Positions 1 through 9,327 of a DNA stretch of 64,000 nt are shown here, in pieces. The position numbers and the translations under genes were made by a program. Under the pieces are notes generated by a model. The model worked only from the letters and a program-made list of their open reading frames with translations. It had not been told where the DNA came from and made no database searches. The DNA is from an uncultured Actinomycetes bacterium (GTDB lineage Bacteria; Actinomycetota; Thermoleophilia; Gaiellales; Gaiellaceae): the NCBI GenBank assembly GCA_963763815.1, contig CAVXPS010000019.1, forward strand, positions 15,713 to 79,712, read 5' to 3'. The stretch's first letter is position 1. Every line of letters begins with the position of its first letter.

Positions 1-316
1 CGCCGGGATCGTCCCACTCCGGGGCGAACATGCCGACGTAGAGCGGAAGATCCTCGGCTGCGAGGTGGTGCAGCGTGCCGCGCATCATCCATGTCTTGAC
101 GAGGCTCCGGTCGTCCTCGAGCGCCGACCGCACGTCGTCGCGGGCGAGCCCCTCCACCCGCGCCCACAACGAGAGCTCGGCCGACGACGCGAGCTGAGCG
201 TGCAGGCCGCAGATGTCGCTGGTGACCGCGACGAGGCTTCCGGCGGGCGCTCGCCGGTCGAGGTGATGCCTTCCCACGCGAAAGCCGAGCACGCTTGCCG
301 TGCTCACCCTGGTCAC
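1..316 (-). CDS. Winged-helix DNA glycosylase-like protein (YcaQ/AlkZ, DUF1006 family), N-terminal fragment leaving the window
   Basis: My own minus-strand translation from GTG 316..314 gives VTRVSTASVLGFRVGRHHLDRRAPAGSLVAVTSDICGLHAQLASSAELSLWARVEGLARDDVRSALEDDRSLVKTWMMRGTLHHLAAEDLPLYVGMF... The CGLxAQ, SLWARV and LVKTWxMRGTLH motifs match my recollection of DUF1006 proteins. The start overlaps the hemH stop as GTGA. It is absent from the ORF track because it runs off the edge. Confidence 0.5.
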   Translation of the reverse strand, partial: MTRVSTASVLGFRVGRHHLDRRAPAGSLVAVTSDICGLHAQLASSAELSLWARVEGLARDDVRSALEDDRSLVKTWMMRGTLHHLAAEDLPLYVGMFAPEWDDPG

Positions 317-1263
317 GCCGCGCGCGCCTCGGCGAGCCACGGCTCGGCGCGGGCACGCACGAGCTCGGCCAGGGCCTCGACGAACTGCGCGTCGTCGTTG
401 AGCGCGGGAGGGCGCTCGAGGCGCATGCCGAGCCGCTCGGCCACGCGCCGCGCCTTCACGTCGACGTCGAAGAGGATCTCCACGTGGTCGGACACGAATC
501 CGACGGGGACGACGACCACGTCGCGCTTCCCGTCCGCAGCGAGCGCCTCCAGGTGGTCGCCGAGGTCGGGCCCGGCCCACGGCTCGGGCGTCCGTCCCGC
601 CGACTGATAGGCCCACGACCAGCCGCCCTCGGGCAGCCCGGCGCGCTCGGCCACGAGGCGTGCCGTCTCGCGGCACTGGGTGTCGTACGGATCACCGTCG
701 GCGAGGACGCGCTCCGGAAGGCTGTGCGCCGTGAAGACCACGTGGACACGGTCGCGCTCATCCTCGGGCCAGCGCGAGAGCCCGTCCTCGACACGGGCCG
801 CGAACGCCGAGACGAGCCCCGGTGCGTCGTGGTAGCTCGACACCTGCTCGAAGTCGATGCGTCCGCGACTGAGCACGAGCCCGTCCGCGACCTTCTGCTG
901 GTAGCGCGCGACCGAGAGCGCGCTGAAGTGGGGCGCGAGGACGAGGCCGACGGCATGGGTGATCCCGTCGTCGACCATGTCGCCGACGACCTCCTCGATC
1001 CACGGCGACCAGTGCCGCATGCCGAGGTAGCAGCGAAAGCCGTCCCCGAGGCGGTCGGCGAGCGCGGCGACCTGTGCGCGTGACACCTCGAGGAGCGGCG
1101 AGCTCCCGCCGATCGTCCGGTAGCTCTCCGTTATCTCCTCGATCACCGCAGCAGGGGTCGTCCGACCCGCGCGGATGTCGGCGAGGTAGCCCGGGATCTC
1201 GTCGAGCGAGGTCGGGGCCCCGTAGGCCATGACGAGCACGCCCACCGGGAGCCGGACGCTCAC
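313..1263 (-). CDS. hemH: Ferrochelatase (coproporphyrin ferrochelatase type)
   Basis: 316-aa ORF with ferrochelatase hallmarks: VLVMAYGAP, LGMRHWSPWI, FTAHSLP and VGFVSDHVEILFD. It is the last gene of the heme operon. Confidence 0.93.
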   Translation of the reverse strand: MSVRLPVGVLVMAYGAPTSLDEIPGYLADIRAGRTTPAAVIEEITESYRTIGGSSPLLEVSRAQVAALADRLGDGFRCYLGMRHWSPWIEEVVGDMVDDGITHAVGLVLAPHFSALSVARYQQKVADGLVLSRGRIDFEQVSSYHDAPGLVSAFAARVEDGLSRWPEDERDRVHVVFTAHSLPERVLADGDPYDTQCRETARLVAERAGLPEGGWSWAYQSAGRTPEPWAGPDLGDHLEALAADGKRDVVVVPVGFVSDHVEILFDVDVKARRVAERLGMRLERPPALNDDAQFVEALAELVRARAEPWLAEARAA

Positions 1264-2327
1264 GTCGTCCGCTCCTGCACGTGGGCCACGACGCGGCGCA
1301 CGTTGTCGGGCGGCGTCTGCTGGACGATCCCGTGTCCGAGGTTGAAGACGTGACCCGGGCGGCCGGCTGCACGATCGAGCACGTCGTCCACGCGCGCGCG
1401 CAACTCCGGCCAGGGAGCGAGCAGCGCGACGGGATCGAGATTGCCCTGCACCGGCCGGTCGAACCCCACCGCGGCCCAGGCCTCGTCCAGCGGCAGCTGC
1501 CAGTCGAGCCCGACGACGTCGCCCCCACAGCCGGCCGCGTCGGCAAGGTAGGCGCTCACGCCGAGCGAGAAGTTGACCACCGGCACGCCTGCGTCCTGGA
1601 TGGCGGCAAAGAGCTCGCGGTTCGTCGGCGCGACCGAGCGCAGGTAGTCCGTGCGCCCGAGCGCGCGCCCCGCCCAGGAGTCGAAGACCTGCAGCGCCTC
1701 GGCACCCGCACGTGCCTGAGCCAGCAGGTAGTCCGCCTGGACGGTCGCGAGCTTCGTCAGGAGCCGCTTCCAGGCAGCGGGCTCGGAGAGCATGAACGCC
1801 TTCGTCTTCGCGAAGTCCTTCGAGGTCCCGCCTTCGATCGCGTAGCTCGCGAGGGTGAACGGCGCTCCGGCGAAGCCGATCACGGGGATCCCGCGCGGCT
1901 CGAGCTCGCGCCGCACGATCCGGATGGCCTCGAGCGTGCCAGCCATCGTCTCCTCGGCAGGGGGCACCGCGAGCATGTCGACGTCGCGCGGGCTCGAGAC
2001 CGGATTCCCGATCCGCGGCCCATCGCCCTTGACGAAGTCGAGGTCGAGCCCCATGCCGACGAGGGGCGGAAGGATGTCGGAGAACACGATCGCCGCGTCC
2101 ACGCCAAGCGCTTCGACCGGCTGGAGCGTGACCTGGGCTGCGAGCTCCGGGGTGCGGATGAGGTCGAGCATCGAGTGTTGCTCCCGGAGCGCCCGGTACT
2201 CCGGCATGTAGCGACCGGCCTGGCGGAGTAGCCAGATCGGCGTGCGCTCGGTCGGTAGCCCGCGATAGGCGCGAAGGACGAGCGAGGTCGGCTCGGCGTC
2301 CGGCGTCGACGCCGGCTCGGCCGTCAC
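1260..2327 (-). CDS. hemE: Uroporphyrinogen decarboxylase
   Basis: Contains PIWLLRQAGRYMPEYRAL and the rest of the URO-D fold. I trimmed the track ORF to GTG 2327, which forms a GTGA overlap with the hemQ stop. The N-terminal 58 aa of the track ORF are Arg/Ala-rich and overlap hemQ. Confidence 0.92.
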   Translation of the reverse strand: MTAEPASTPDAEPTSLVLRAYRGLPTERTPIWLLRQAGRYMPEYRALREQHSMLDLIRTPELAAQVTLQPVEALGVDAAIVFSDILPPLVGMGLDLDFVKGDGPRIGNPVSSPRDVDMLAVPPAEETMAGTLEAIRIVRRELEPRGIPVIGFAGAPFTLASYAIEGGTSKDFAKTKAFMLSEPAAWKRLLTKLATVQADYLLAQARAGAEALQVFDSWAGRALGRTDYLRSVAPTNRELFAAIQDAGVPVVNFSLGVSAYLADAAGCGGDVVGLDWQLPLDEAWAAVGFDRPVQGNLDPVALLAPWPELRARVDDVLDRAAGRPGHVFNLGHGIVQQTPPDNVRRVVAHVQERTT

Positions 2328-3067
2328 GCTCCCGAGCTCTGCCACGCCACGCGCCCGACGAAGAACGGGCCGAGCCGCTCGAGATGGAGCGAGGTCTGCT
2401 TCGTCTTCCGCATCCGCTGGACGATGATCGAGAGCGGGTGCAGCTCCGGGCCGACGAGACCGATCACGAAGTCGTTGTCGGCCTGGTCGAGCCCGTGGCA
2501 CGCGAGCCGAATGTCATAGCCGAGCCCCGCGCGTCCGAAGGCCATGCCGACCCCGCCATGCTCCATCAGGATCGTGTCCTGCTCGGAGCGCGAGAGCTGT
2601 TCGAACGAGCCGGCGCGGCGCAGCGGGTACCAGATGGCCCACGGCAGCTTGGGGTCGAGGACCCGGCCGCGCGGCCGCTCGACGAGCGCCTCCTCGAGAT
2701 CCTGCTCGTGACCGATCGCATAGGTGCGGCCGAGCATCGTGAGCTCGGGCTTGCGCTCGAGGTCTGCGAACGGCGGCGACTGGAGAAAGCTCCGGACGGT
2801 CGTGACGAACGCACCCGGGTCCTCGGTCAACGTGACGACGGCGACGCCTTCGGGATCGTTGACGTCCTCGTACAGGACAGCGTCGATCCCGGCCGCGCCC
2901 AGCGCATCCACGAGGGGAGCCGTCTCGCGAGCGCCACCGAAGGCATGGAGCTGCATGTAGAGCCTCCGGTCGAGCGAGGTCGTGTCGCCTTCGGCGGTTC
3001 GGCCGTGCTCGGCGACGTCGGTCCCGTCGGCGACCCCGTCCGTACGCTCGTCGATGCGTGCCTTCAC
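2324..3067 (-). CDS. hemQ: Coproheme decarboxylase (chlorite dismutase family, HemQ/ChdC)
   Basis: The C-terminal 248 aa of track ORF 2324..3688 (MQLHAFGG...[16 protein letters not shown]...ILMEHGGVG...[14 protein letters not shown]) look like HemQ. The start is GTG 3067, in a GTGA overlap with the hemB stop. Confidence 0.88.
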   Translation of the reverse strand: MKARIDERTDGVADGTDVAEHGRTAEGDTTSLDRRLYMQLHAFGGARETAPLVDALGAAGIDAVLYEDVNDPEGVAVVTLTEDPGAFVTTVRSFLQSPPFADLERKPELTMLGRTYAIGHEQDLEEALVERPRGRVLDPKLPWAIWYPLRRAGSFEQLSRSEQDTILMEHGGVGMAFGRAGLGYDIRLACHGLDQADNDFVIGLVGPELHPLSIIVQRMRKTKQTSLHLERLGPFFVGRVAWQSSGA

Positions 3068-4092
3068 GCGCTCTCCGAGAGCCAGGCCGCAGCCTCCTTC
3101 GCGTGGTAGGTGACGATCAGGTCCGCGCCGGCCCTGCGAATGCCGGTGAGGACCTCCAGCACGGCCTCGCGCTCGTCGAGCCAGCCGTTCGCGGCTGCGG
3201 CCTTGACCATCGCGTACTCCCCGCTCACGTTGTAGGCGGCGAGCGGAAGCTCGGGAAAGCGCTCGTGCACACGCCTCACGACGTCGAGGTAGCCGAGCGC
3301 GGGCTTCACCAGGAGCGCGTCCGCACCTTCTTCGACGTCGAGCGCGGCCTCCCGCAAGGCCTCCCGTGCGTTCGCCGTGTCCATCTGGTGCGACCTCCGG
3401 TCGCCGAACGCCGGTGCACCCTCTGCGGCGTCGCGGAACGGGCCGTAGAACGCGGAGGCGTACTTCACGGCGTAGGAGAGGATCGCGACGCGTTCGTGCC
3501 GCTCGGCGTCGAGCGCCGTTCGGATCGCACCGACCATCCCGTCGAGCATCCCACTCGGCGCCACGATGTCGGCGCCCGCGTCCGCATGGGAGACGGCTAT
3601 GCGCCCGAGGATCGCCAGCGTCTCGTCGTTCAGCACGTAGCCGTCGGCGTCGAGCAGCCCGCAGTGGCCATGGCTCGTGTACTCGCACAGGCAGACGTCG
3701 GTCATGACGACGAGATCCGGGCTCGCGGCCTTGAGCGCGCGGATGGCCTGCTGGACGACGCCGTCGTCGGCATGACTCTCCGCGCCGAGCTCGTCCTTCT
3801 CCGCCGGGATCCCGAACAGCAACACGGCCTCGATGCCGAGGGCACGGAGCTCGCGCGCCTCGGCGGCGAGCGCGTCGACCGAGAGCTGCGCGACGCCCGG
3901 CATGGACGCGATCGGCGCGCGGACCCCCTCGCCGGGGCGGACGAACAGCGGAAAGACGAAGTCGCTCGGATCGAGAGTCGTCTCGCGGACGAGGTCGCGG
4001 AGCGCCTCGGTTCGCCGCCAGCGGCGCGGCCGGCGAGCGCCGGGCCGGGCGCTGACGCCCGCGATTGGATCCGTCTCGACGTAATCCGTCAT
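3064..4092 (-). CDS. hemB: Porphobilinogen synthase (delta-aminolevulinate dehydratase)
   Basis: Reads MTDYVETDP...[18 protein letters not shown]...FPLFV...[12 protein letters not shown]...[16 protein letters not shown]...VKPAL. Start ATG 4092 forms an ATGA overlap with the hemD stop. Confidence 0.93.
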   Translation of the reverse strand: MTDYVETDPIAGVSARPGARRPRRWRRTEALRDLVRETTLDPSDFVFPLFVRPGEGVRAPIASMPGVAQLSVDALAAEARELRALGIEAVLLFGIPAEKDELGAESHADDGVVQQAIRALKAASPDLVVMTDVCLCEYTSHGHCGLLDADGYVLNDETLAILGRIAVSHADAGADIVAPSGMLDGMVGAIRTALDAERHERVAILSYAVKYASAFYGPFRDAAEGAPAFGDRRSHQMDTANAREALREAALDVEEGADALLVKPALGYLDVVRRVHERFPELPLAAYNVSGEYAMVKAAAANGWLDEREAVLEVLTGIRRAGADLIVTYHAKEAAAWLSESA

Positions 4093-4820
4093 GCGCGCCC
4101 CCCGAAGTGCGAGGTGAGAGCCTGAATGATGCCGTCGGCCGTCGCCTCGTGTGCGATCAGACCGACGTCGAGGCCCACTTCGCGCGCCACGTCCGCGGTC
4201 TTCGGGCCGATGCAGACCACGAGCGCGGTGCCCGCTCCGCCTTGGCGGGCGAGGCCACGAGCAGCAGACCCGCTCGCGAGCACCACGGCATCTGCCTTGC
4301 GCACGGCAGTCAGCTCGGCCTGCGTCCATTCGACCGCGACGGTGCGATATGCCGCGAGCGTCTTGACCGTCGCGCCACGTCTCCGGAGCTCCTCCGAGAG
4401 TCGGGCATCGGCGATGTCGGCCTGCAGGACGAGCACTCGCGCTGCACGCAGTGGTTCGAGACCCGGGCCTATTCCCTCGCCTGCGAAGCGCTCCGGCACG
4501 AAGGCCGGCTCGACGCCGAGCCCACGCAGGGCGTCCGCGGTCGCCGAACCGACGGCGGCGACGTTCATCGCCGCCAGCTTCTCTGCATGCTCATGCGCGA
4601 TCGCGACGCCGTTCGCGCTCGTAAAGACGACCCAGTTGTAGCGATCGAGCTCTCGGAGCGCCTCGTCGAGCTTCCTGTCGTCCGCGACGGGCTCGATCGC
4701 GACGAGCGGGAAGACGTCGACCTTCGCGCCCAGCGGCTCCAACTCAGCGGCGAGCAACTCGGCCTGCGCCCGGGGGCGCGTGACGACGATTCGCCATCCC
4801 TCGAGCGGAAGCTCAGGCAT
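4089..4820 (-). CDS. hemD: Uroporphyrinogen-III synthase
   Basis: 243 aa ([11 protein letters not shown]..., [17 protein letters not shown]), sitting between hemC and hemB. It overlaps the hemC stop by 8 nt. Confidence 0.85.
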   Translation of the reverse strand: MPELPLEGWRIVVTRPRAQAELLAAELEPLGAKVDVFPLVAIEPVADDRKLDEALRELDRYNWVVFTSANGVAIAHEHAEKLAAMNVAAVGSATADALRGLGVEPAFVPERFAGEGIGPGLEPLRAARVLVLQADIADARLSEELRRRGATVKTLAAYRTVAVEWTQAELTAVRKADAVVLASGSAARGLARQGGAGTALVVCIGPKTADVAREVGLDVGLIAHEATADGIIQALTSHFGGRA

Positions 4821-5769
4821 GGACGCTCTCGAGGATCCGGTCTGCGCCGCCCGCGAGCGCCTCGCGCGCCAGGCGCTCTCCGACCTCCTCGGGCTCTCCC
4901 TCGCCCGTCACGCGGACAGTGTGCGACCCGTCCGGTGAAGCCACCAGCCCGGTGAGGCGAACCCGACTCGAGGCTTGTAACTGATCGTTACAAGGCTCGG
5001 CGTGCGCCGCGACGGGCGCCGCGCAGCCGCCGCCGAGCGCGCTCAGGAACCCACGCTCGGCCGTCGTCGTGGCGCGCGCCGCGGGGTCGTCGATCGCCCG
5101 GAGAAGCTCGAGGATCCGCTCGTCTCCGTGGCGACACTGAACCGCGAGCGCGCCCTGGCCCGGCGCAGGAAGCAGAGCCTCCGGCGCGAGCCACTCGGAC
5201 ACCTCGTCCTCGAGCCCGAGCCGCCTGACCCCGGCGGCCGCGAGCACCGTCGCGTCGTACTCGCCCTCCCGCACCTTCCGGATGCGGGTGTCGACGTTGC
5301 CGCGAATCGACCGGAGCTCGAGCCCGCGGTGAAGCGGGCGCAGCTGCGCCGATCGCCGAAGGCTGCTCGTACCGAGCACCGCGCCCTCGGGAAGTTCCGA
5401 GAGCATGAGCCCGTCGCGCGACACGAGGCAGTCGCGCACGTCGTCGCGGAGGCACACGGCGCCGATCTGGATGTCCGGAGCGTCCTCGGTGGGCAGGTCC
5501 TTGAGCGAGTGCACGGCCAGATCGAGATCACCGTCGCGCAGGCCGCGCTCGAGCTCCGCCGTGAACAAACCCTTGCCGCCGATCTCGGGTAGCGGCTCGC
5601 CGGTCTGCTGCGTGCGGTCGCCGGTCGTCACGACGACGCGCTCGTCCCACTCGAGGCCGGGCCAGGCCGCTCGCAGTAGCTGGACGATGAGCCCCGTCTG
5701 CCGGCGCGCGAGCAGCGAGCCGCGCGTTCCCACCGCGACCGCCGCCAGAGACGGCGTCGTCGGGGTCAC
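4813..5769 (-). CDS. hemC: Hydroxymethylbilane synthase (porphobilinogen deaminase)
   Basis: Contains VGTRGSLLARRQT...TTGDR...GGKGLFTAELE...DLAVHSLKDLP...LGTSSLRR...RGNVDTR...GQGALAVQCR. I chose GTG 5769, just after the hemA stop. The longer track ORF (to 6405) runs out of frame through hemA. Confidence 0.92.
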   Translation of the reverse strand: MTPTTPSLAAVAVGTRGSLLARRQTGLIVQLLRAAWPGLEWDERVVVTTGDRTQQTGEPLPEIGGKGLFTAELERGLRDGDLDLAVHSLKDLPTEDAPDIQIGAVCLRDDVRDCLVSRDGLMLSELPEGAVLGTSSLRRSAQLRPLHRGLELRSIRGNVDTRIRKVREGEYDATVLAAAGVRRLGLEDEVSEWLAPEALLPAPGQGALAVQCRHGDERILELLRAIDDPAARATTTAERGFLSALGGGCAAPVAAHAEPCNDQLQASSRVRLTGLVASPDGSHTVRVTGEGEPEEVGERLAREALAGGADRILESVHA

Positions 5770-5779
5770 GAGTGCCAGC

Positions 5780-7036
5780 TCAGCTTTCTTGGCGCGCCGT
5801 GAGCCCGAAGAGCTCGCGAACGGCAGCGGCGACGGCGTCGACGTCACCGTCTCCCGCCCGCTCGCGCAGGCGCACCGTGGGCTCGTGCAGGAGCTTCTTG
5901 ACGAGCGTTCGTGAGAGCTGCTCGAGTTGCGCGGCAGTCTCGGGCTCGAACTCACCGAGCCGCCGGAGGGCCCGCTCGACCTCCTGCTCCCGGATCTCCT
6001 CCGCCTGCACCCTGAGCGCGGCGAGCAGCGGCTCGATCTCGAGCTCGCGGTAGCGGCGCCCGAAGCCTGCCACCTCCTGCTCGACGATCGCCTCGACCTT
6101 CGGCACCTCGGCGAGCCTCGACGCGAGCGCTCCGTCGAGCCCCGCCCGCAGGTCGTCCACGTCGAAGAGCCTCGCGCCGTCGATGTCGGCAACCGTGCGC
6201 TCGACGTCGGCCGGGACCGCCAGGTCCACGAGCACGAGCGGCCGCTCGGGACGGCTCGCGACCGCGCTCCTGACGAGCTCCGTGCGCAGGACGGGCTCCT
6301 CGGAGCTCGTCGCGGTGACGACGAAGTCCGCCCATGCAAGCGCCTCGTGGAGCTCGTCGAATCCGTATGCCGAGCCGCCGAACCGTCCCGCGGCCTCGAC
6401 AGCACGCTCGCGGGTCCGGTTGACGATCGCGATGTCCTCGATGCCTCGACCGGTGACGGCTTTCAGCGTCTGGAGCCCGATCCGCCCGGCGCCGACGACG
6501 AGCGCCCGCCGTTCCCGGAGATCGCCGAGGACGCCGTCCGCGAGCGCGAGGGCCATCGAGCTCGCCGTTGCGGGGTTCGCCCCGATTGCGGTCTCCGAAC
6601 GCGCACGGCGGCCGGTCGCGATCGCCGTCCGGAAGAGCAAGGTCAGCGCCGGGCCGGCCGCGTCGCCGGCGGCGGTGTACGCGTCTCGCACCTGCCCGAG
6701 GATCTCGGCTTCGCCGAGGACGAGCGAGTCGAGCCCGGCGGCGACGCGCGCGAGGTGCCGCGCGACGTCCTCGCCCGTGTGCACGTAGAGGTGATCGACG
6801 AGATCCCCGCGCGCAACCTCGTGCGCATCGGCAAGGGCGTCGATCAGAGCGTCGCGCGCGTCCTCGACTCCTTCGACGAGGAAGGCGTAAAGCTCCACCC
6901 GGTAGCAGGTCGAGAGCACTGTGTGCTCGAGGACCTCGGGACAGCGCTCCGCGCCGAGCCCGAGGGTGCCGAAGCGCTCGCGGAGCTCGACCGGAGCCGT
7001 GCGGTGGCTGAGCCCGAGACAGACGAGGCGCTCCAC
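5780..7036 (-). CDS. hemA: Glutamyl-tRNA reductase
   Basis: 418 aa reading MERLVCLGLSHRTAPVELRE...STCYRVELY...LVLGEAEILGQV...VVGAGRIG. First gene of the heme operon, with a GTG start. Confidence 0.93.
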   Translation of the reverse strand: MERLVCLGLSHRTAPVELRERFGTLGLGAERCPEVLEHTVLSTCYRVELYAFLVEGVEDARDALIDALADAHEVARGDLVDHLYVHTGEDVARHLARVAAGLDSLVLGEAEILGQVRDAYTAAGDAAGPALTLLFRTAIATGRRARSETAIGANPATASSMALALADGVLGDLRERRALVVGAGRIGLQTLKAVTGRGIEDIAIVNRTRERAVEAAGRFGGSAYGFDELHEALAWADFVVTATSSEEPVLRTELVRSAVASRPERPLVLVDLAVPADVERTVADIDGARLFDVDDLRAGLDGALASRLAEVPKVEAIVEQEVAGFGRRYRELEIEPLLAALRVQAEEIREQEVERALRRLGEFEPETAAQLEQLSRTLVKKLLHEPTVRLRERAGDGDVDAVAAAVRELFGLTARQES

Positions 7037-7230
7037 GACGGCACCAACTCTACTCGCCCGCGTCCGGAGGAGAACGACAGAGAAGGCTCGAGACCGGGTT
7101 CAGACGTGACTGACCGGACAAGTGATCGCCTTCCCAAACGCAGGGGTTTCGCCCGTTTCGGGCCTCTTCTGCGCTCCCTAGCCTCGAACCAGGTGGCCAC
7201 AAGGCCACCAGAGACCAAGGAGAGGGAGCG

Positions 7231-7491
7231 ATGACGAACATCAAGAGGAAGAGGATCCGAAGGGCGCCGCTCCTCGTCGCGCTCTTCGTGGCGCTCGGAG
7301 TTTCGTCCACGGCGTCACCGGCACTCGCGGGATCTGCGGCGAGGTGCCCACAGCAGGCCGGGCAGCCGTGCCCGAAGGCCGGCAAGCCCCCCGTTCCGCC
7401 CAAGCAGGCGAGGCCGAAGGCCCAGCCCAAGCAGGTGAACGGTCCGCACGGCAGCCCCGTCTGGCAGTCCGGGACCTGGCAGATGTCCTGA
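7231..7491 (+). CDS. Small secreted Pro/Lys/Gln-rich protein (hypothetical)
   Basis: 86 aa with a basic n-region, hydrophobic core and ALAGSAA signal-peptide-like end. A strong RBS (AAGGAGAGGGAG) lies just upstream of the ATG. I do not recognise a family. Confidence 0.5.
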   Translation: MTNIKRKRIRRAPLLVALFVALGVSSTASPALAGSAARCPQQAGQPCPKAGKPPVPPKQARPKAQPKQVNGPHGSPVWQSGTWQMS

Positions 7492-7508
7492 CGATCAGTC
7501 GAGCAAGT

Positions 7509-7540
7509 CGTCGAGGGAGCCTCTTGGGGCTCCCTCGACG
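7509..7540 (+). terminator. GC-rich 13-bp stem hairpin after the small secreted-protein gene
   Basis: The sequence cGTCGAGGGAGCC-tcttgg-GGCTCCCTCGACg lies 18 nt after the stop at 7491. There is no U-tract, so it may be a terminator or a leader structure for hyuA. Confidence 0.35.
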
Positions 7541-7566
7541 CGTCTCCCCGTGAGGCACGCGCGAGA

Positions 7567-9327
7567 ATGCGCCGCGTGCGGGCAGCCGGGACCTTCCTCG
7601 GGATCGACGTCGGCGGCACGTTCACGGACGCCGTCCTCGTCGAGAACGGGCACGTGCGCATGGCGAAGGTGCCGACCGCTCGGAACCAGGAGTCGTCCGT
7701 GCTCGCGGCAGCCGCAGCGGTGGGCAGCGAGGACGTCGAGCGCTTCACCCACGGGACGACGATCGCGACCAACGCGCTGCTGGAGCGCCGGGGCGCGCGC
7801 ACGGCGTTCGTGACGACGGCGGGCTTCGAGCATCTGCTCCACCTCCGCCGGCAGACGCGTGCGCACCTCTACCGGCCGTGCGCGGAGCATCCACCGCCGC
7901 TCGTCCCGCTGGAACGCAGTGTCGGCGTCGGCGGGCGCATGGGGCCGGACGGAGAGCTCCTGCCGCTCGAGCTCGACTCGCTCGGCGAGCTCGATGCCGA
8001 GGCGATCGCGGTCTGCCTCCTCTTCTCGTTCCGCCATCCCGAGCACGAGCGGGCGGTTGCGGCGGAGCTTCGCCGCCGCCGGCCAACGGCCCACGTCGTG
8101 GCCTCGCACGAGGTCGCCCCCGAGTTCCGCGAGTACGAACGCGCCTCGACGACAGTCATCGACGCCTACCTCGGACCGGTGCTCGGCCGCTATCTCCGTG
8201 CGCTCGACGGCGCATGCCGCGGTGCCGGGCTCGTCGAGCCGCTCGTCATGCGCTCCTCGGGCGGGGTCGCCACGCTCGAGGAAGCGGCGCAGCACGCTGC
8301 CCTCGCGCTGCTCTCGGGCCCCGCGGCCGGCGTCGTGGGCGCTGCGCGAATCGCGGAGCTCGCCGGCTTCCCGAACGCGCTGGCCTTCGACATGGGCGGA
8401 ACCTCGACCGACGTCTGCGCGATCGTGGACGGCGAGGCGCGGCGGGAGCACGAGCGCGAGGTCGGAGGCTTTCCCGTCCGGCTCCCGACGGTTGCGGTGC
8501 ACACCGTCGGCGCGGGCGGCGGCTCGATCGTGTGGCAGGACACGGGCGGGGCGCTGCGGGTGGGCCCGGAGAGCGCCGGAGCGGAGCCCGGGCCCGCGTG
8601 TTACGGGAAGGGCGGCGAGCGCGCGACCGTCACGGACGCGAACCTCCTGCTCGATCGGCTCCCGTTGCAGCTCGCCGGCGGCGTGACGCTCGACGCCGAG
8701 GCCGCCCGGCGCGCTCTCGGCTATCTCGATCCCGCCGAGGTGATCGAGGTCGTGAACGCGGAGATGGTGCGCGCGCTGCGCGTCGTCTCGGTCGAGCAGG
8801 GCCTCGACCCACGAGACTTCGCGCTCGTCGCCTTCGGCGGCGCGGGCCCGCTGCACGCGTGCGCGCTCGCGGACGAGCTCGGGATGACGACGGTCCTCGT
8901 GCCGGCGGCGGCGGGCGTGCTCTCGGCGCTGGGTCTCGTCGCTGCGGACGAGCGCCGCGACACCGTGCGCTCGTACGTCGTCCCGCTGGAGGAGGCGGGC
9001 GAGCTGCCCGCGGAAGGCGAGGCGGACATCCGGTACGCGGGACAGTCGTTCGAGCTCACCGTCGGTCTCGGCCCAGAGCTCGCCGAGCGCTTCCACGCCG
9101 CGCACGCCCACCGCTACGGGTACGCCGACCGCGCTCGCCCGCTGGAGCTCGTCGCAGTCCGCACGGCAGAGGTCCGCCCCGCGCCCGAGATCTCCGTCAC
9201 CGGTCCGCGGGTGAGCACACGCGGGCCCGAGGTCCTCGAGCTCGACGGCGCCACCGCCTGGATTCCAGGCGGGTGGGCCGGCGCGACCGACGCGCACGGG
9301 ACGCTCGTCCTCCGGAGTGGCCCGTGA
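7567..9327 (+). CDS. hyuA: Hydantoinase/oxoprolinase family protein, A (HyuA-type) subunit
   Basis: Contains LGIDVGGTFTDAVL, THGTTIATNALLERRGA, the DMGGTSTD actin-fold ATPase motif and GPESAGAEPGPACYG. The start could instead be the GTG a few codons in. Confidence 0.85.
   Translation: MRRVRAAGTFLGIDVGGTFTDAVLVENGHVRMAKVPTARNQESSVLAAAAAVGSEDVERFTHGTTIATNALLERRGARTAFVTTAGFEHLLHLRRQTRAHLYRPCAEHPPPLVPLERSVGVGGRMGPDGELLPLELDSLGELDAEAIAVCLLFSFRHPEHERAVAAELRRRRPTAHVVASHEVAPEFREYERASTTVIDAYLGPVLGRYLRALDGACRGAGLVEPLVMRSSGGVATLEEAAQHAALALLSGPAAGVVGAARIAELAGFPNALAFDMGGTSTDVCAIVDGEARREHEREVGGFPVRLPTVAVHTVGAGGGSIVWQDTGGALRVGPESAGAEPGPACYGKGGERATVTDANLLLDRLPLQLAGGVTLDAEAARRALGYLDPAEVIEVVNAEMVRALRVVSVEQGLDPRDFALVAFGGAGPLHACALADELGMTTVLVPAAAGVLSALGLVAADERRDTVRSYVVPLEEAGELPAEGEADIRYAGQSFELTVGLGPELAERFHAAHAHRYGYADRARPLELVAVRTAEVRPAPEISVTGPRVSTRGPEVLELDGATAWIPGGWAGATDAHGTLVLRSGP

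Noticed and set aside
4813-6405. 530-aa extended HemC
   Set aside because: The N-terminal 210 aa overlap hemA in another frame and are Ser/Arg-rich. HemC homology begins right after the hemA stop.
7495-9297. 600-aa minus-strand ORF (and the long plus-strand ORF 7878..9323) overlapping hyuA
   Set aside because: Its Arg/Ala/Gly/Pro-rich low-complexity translation is typical of shadow frames in high-GC DNA. The hyuA frame carries clear family motifs.
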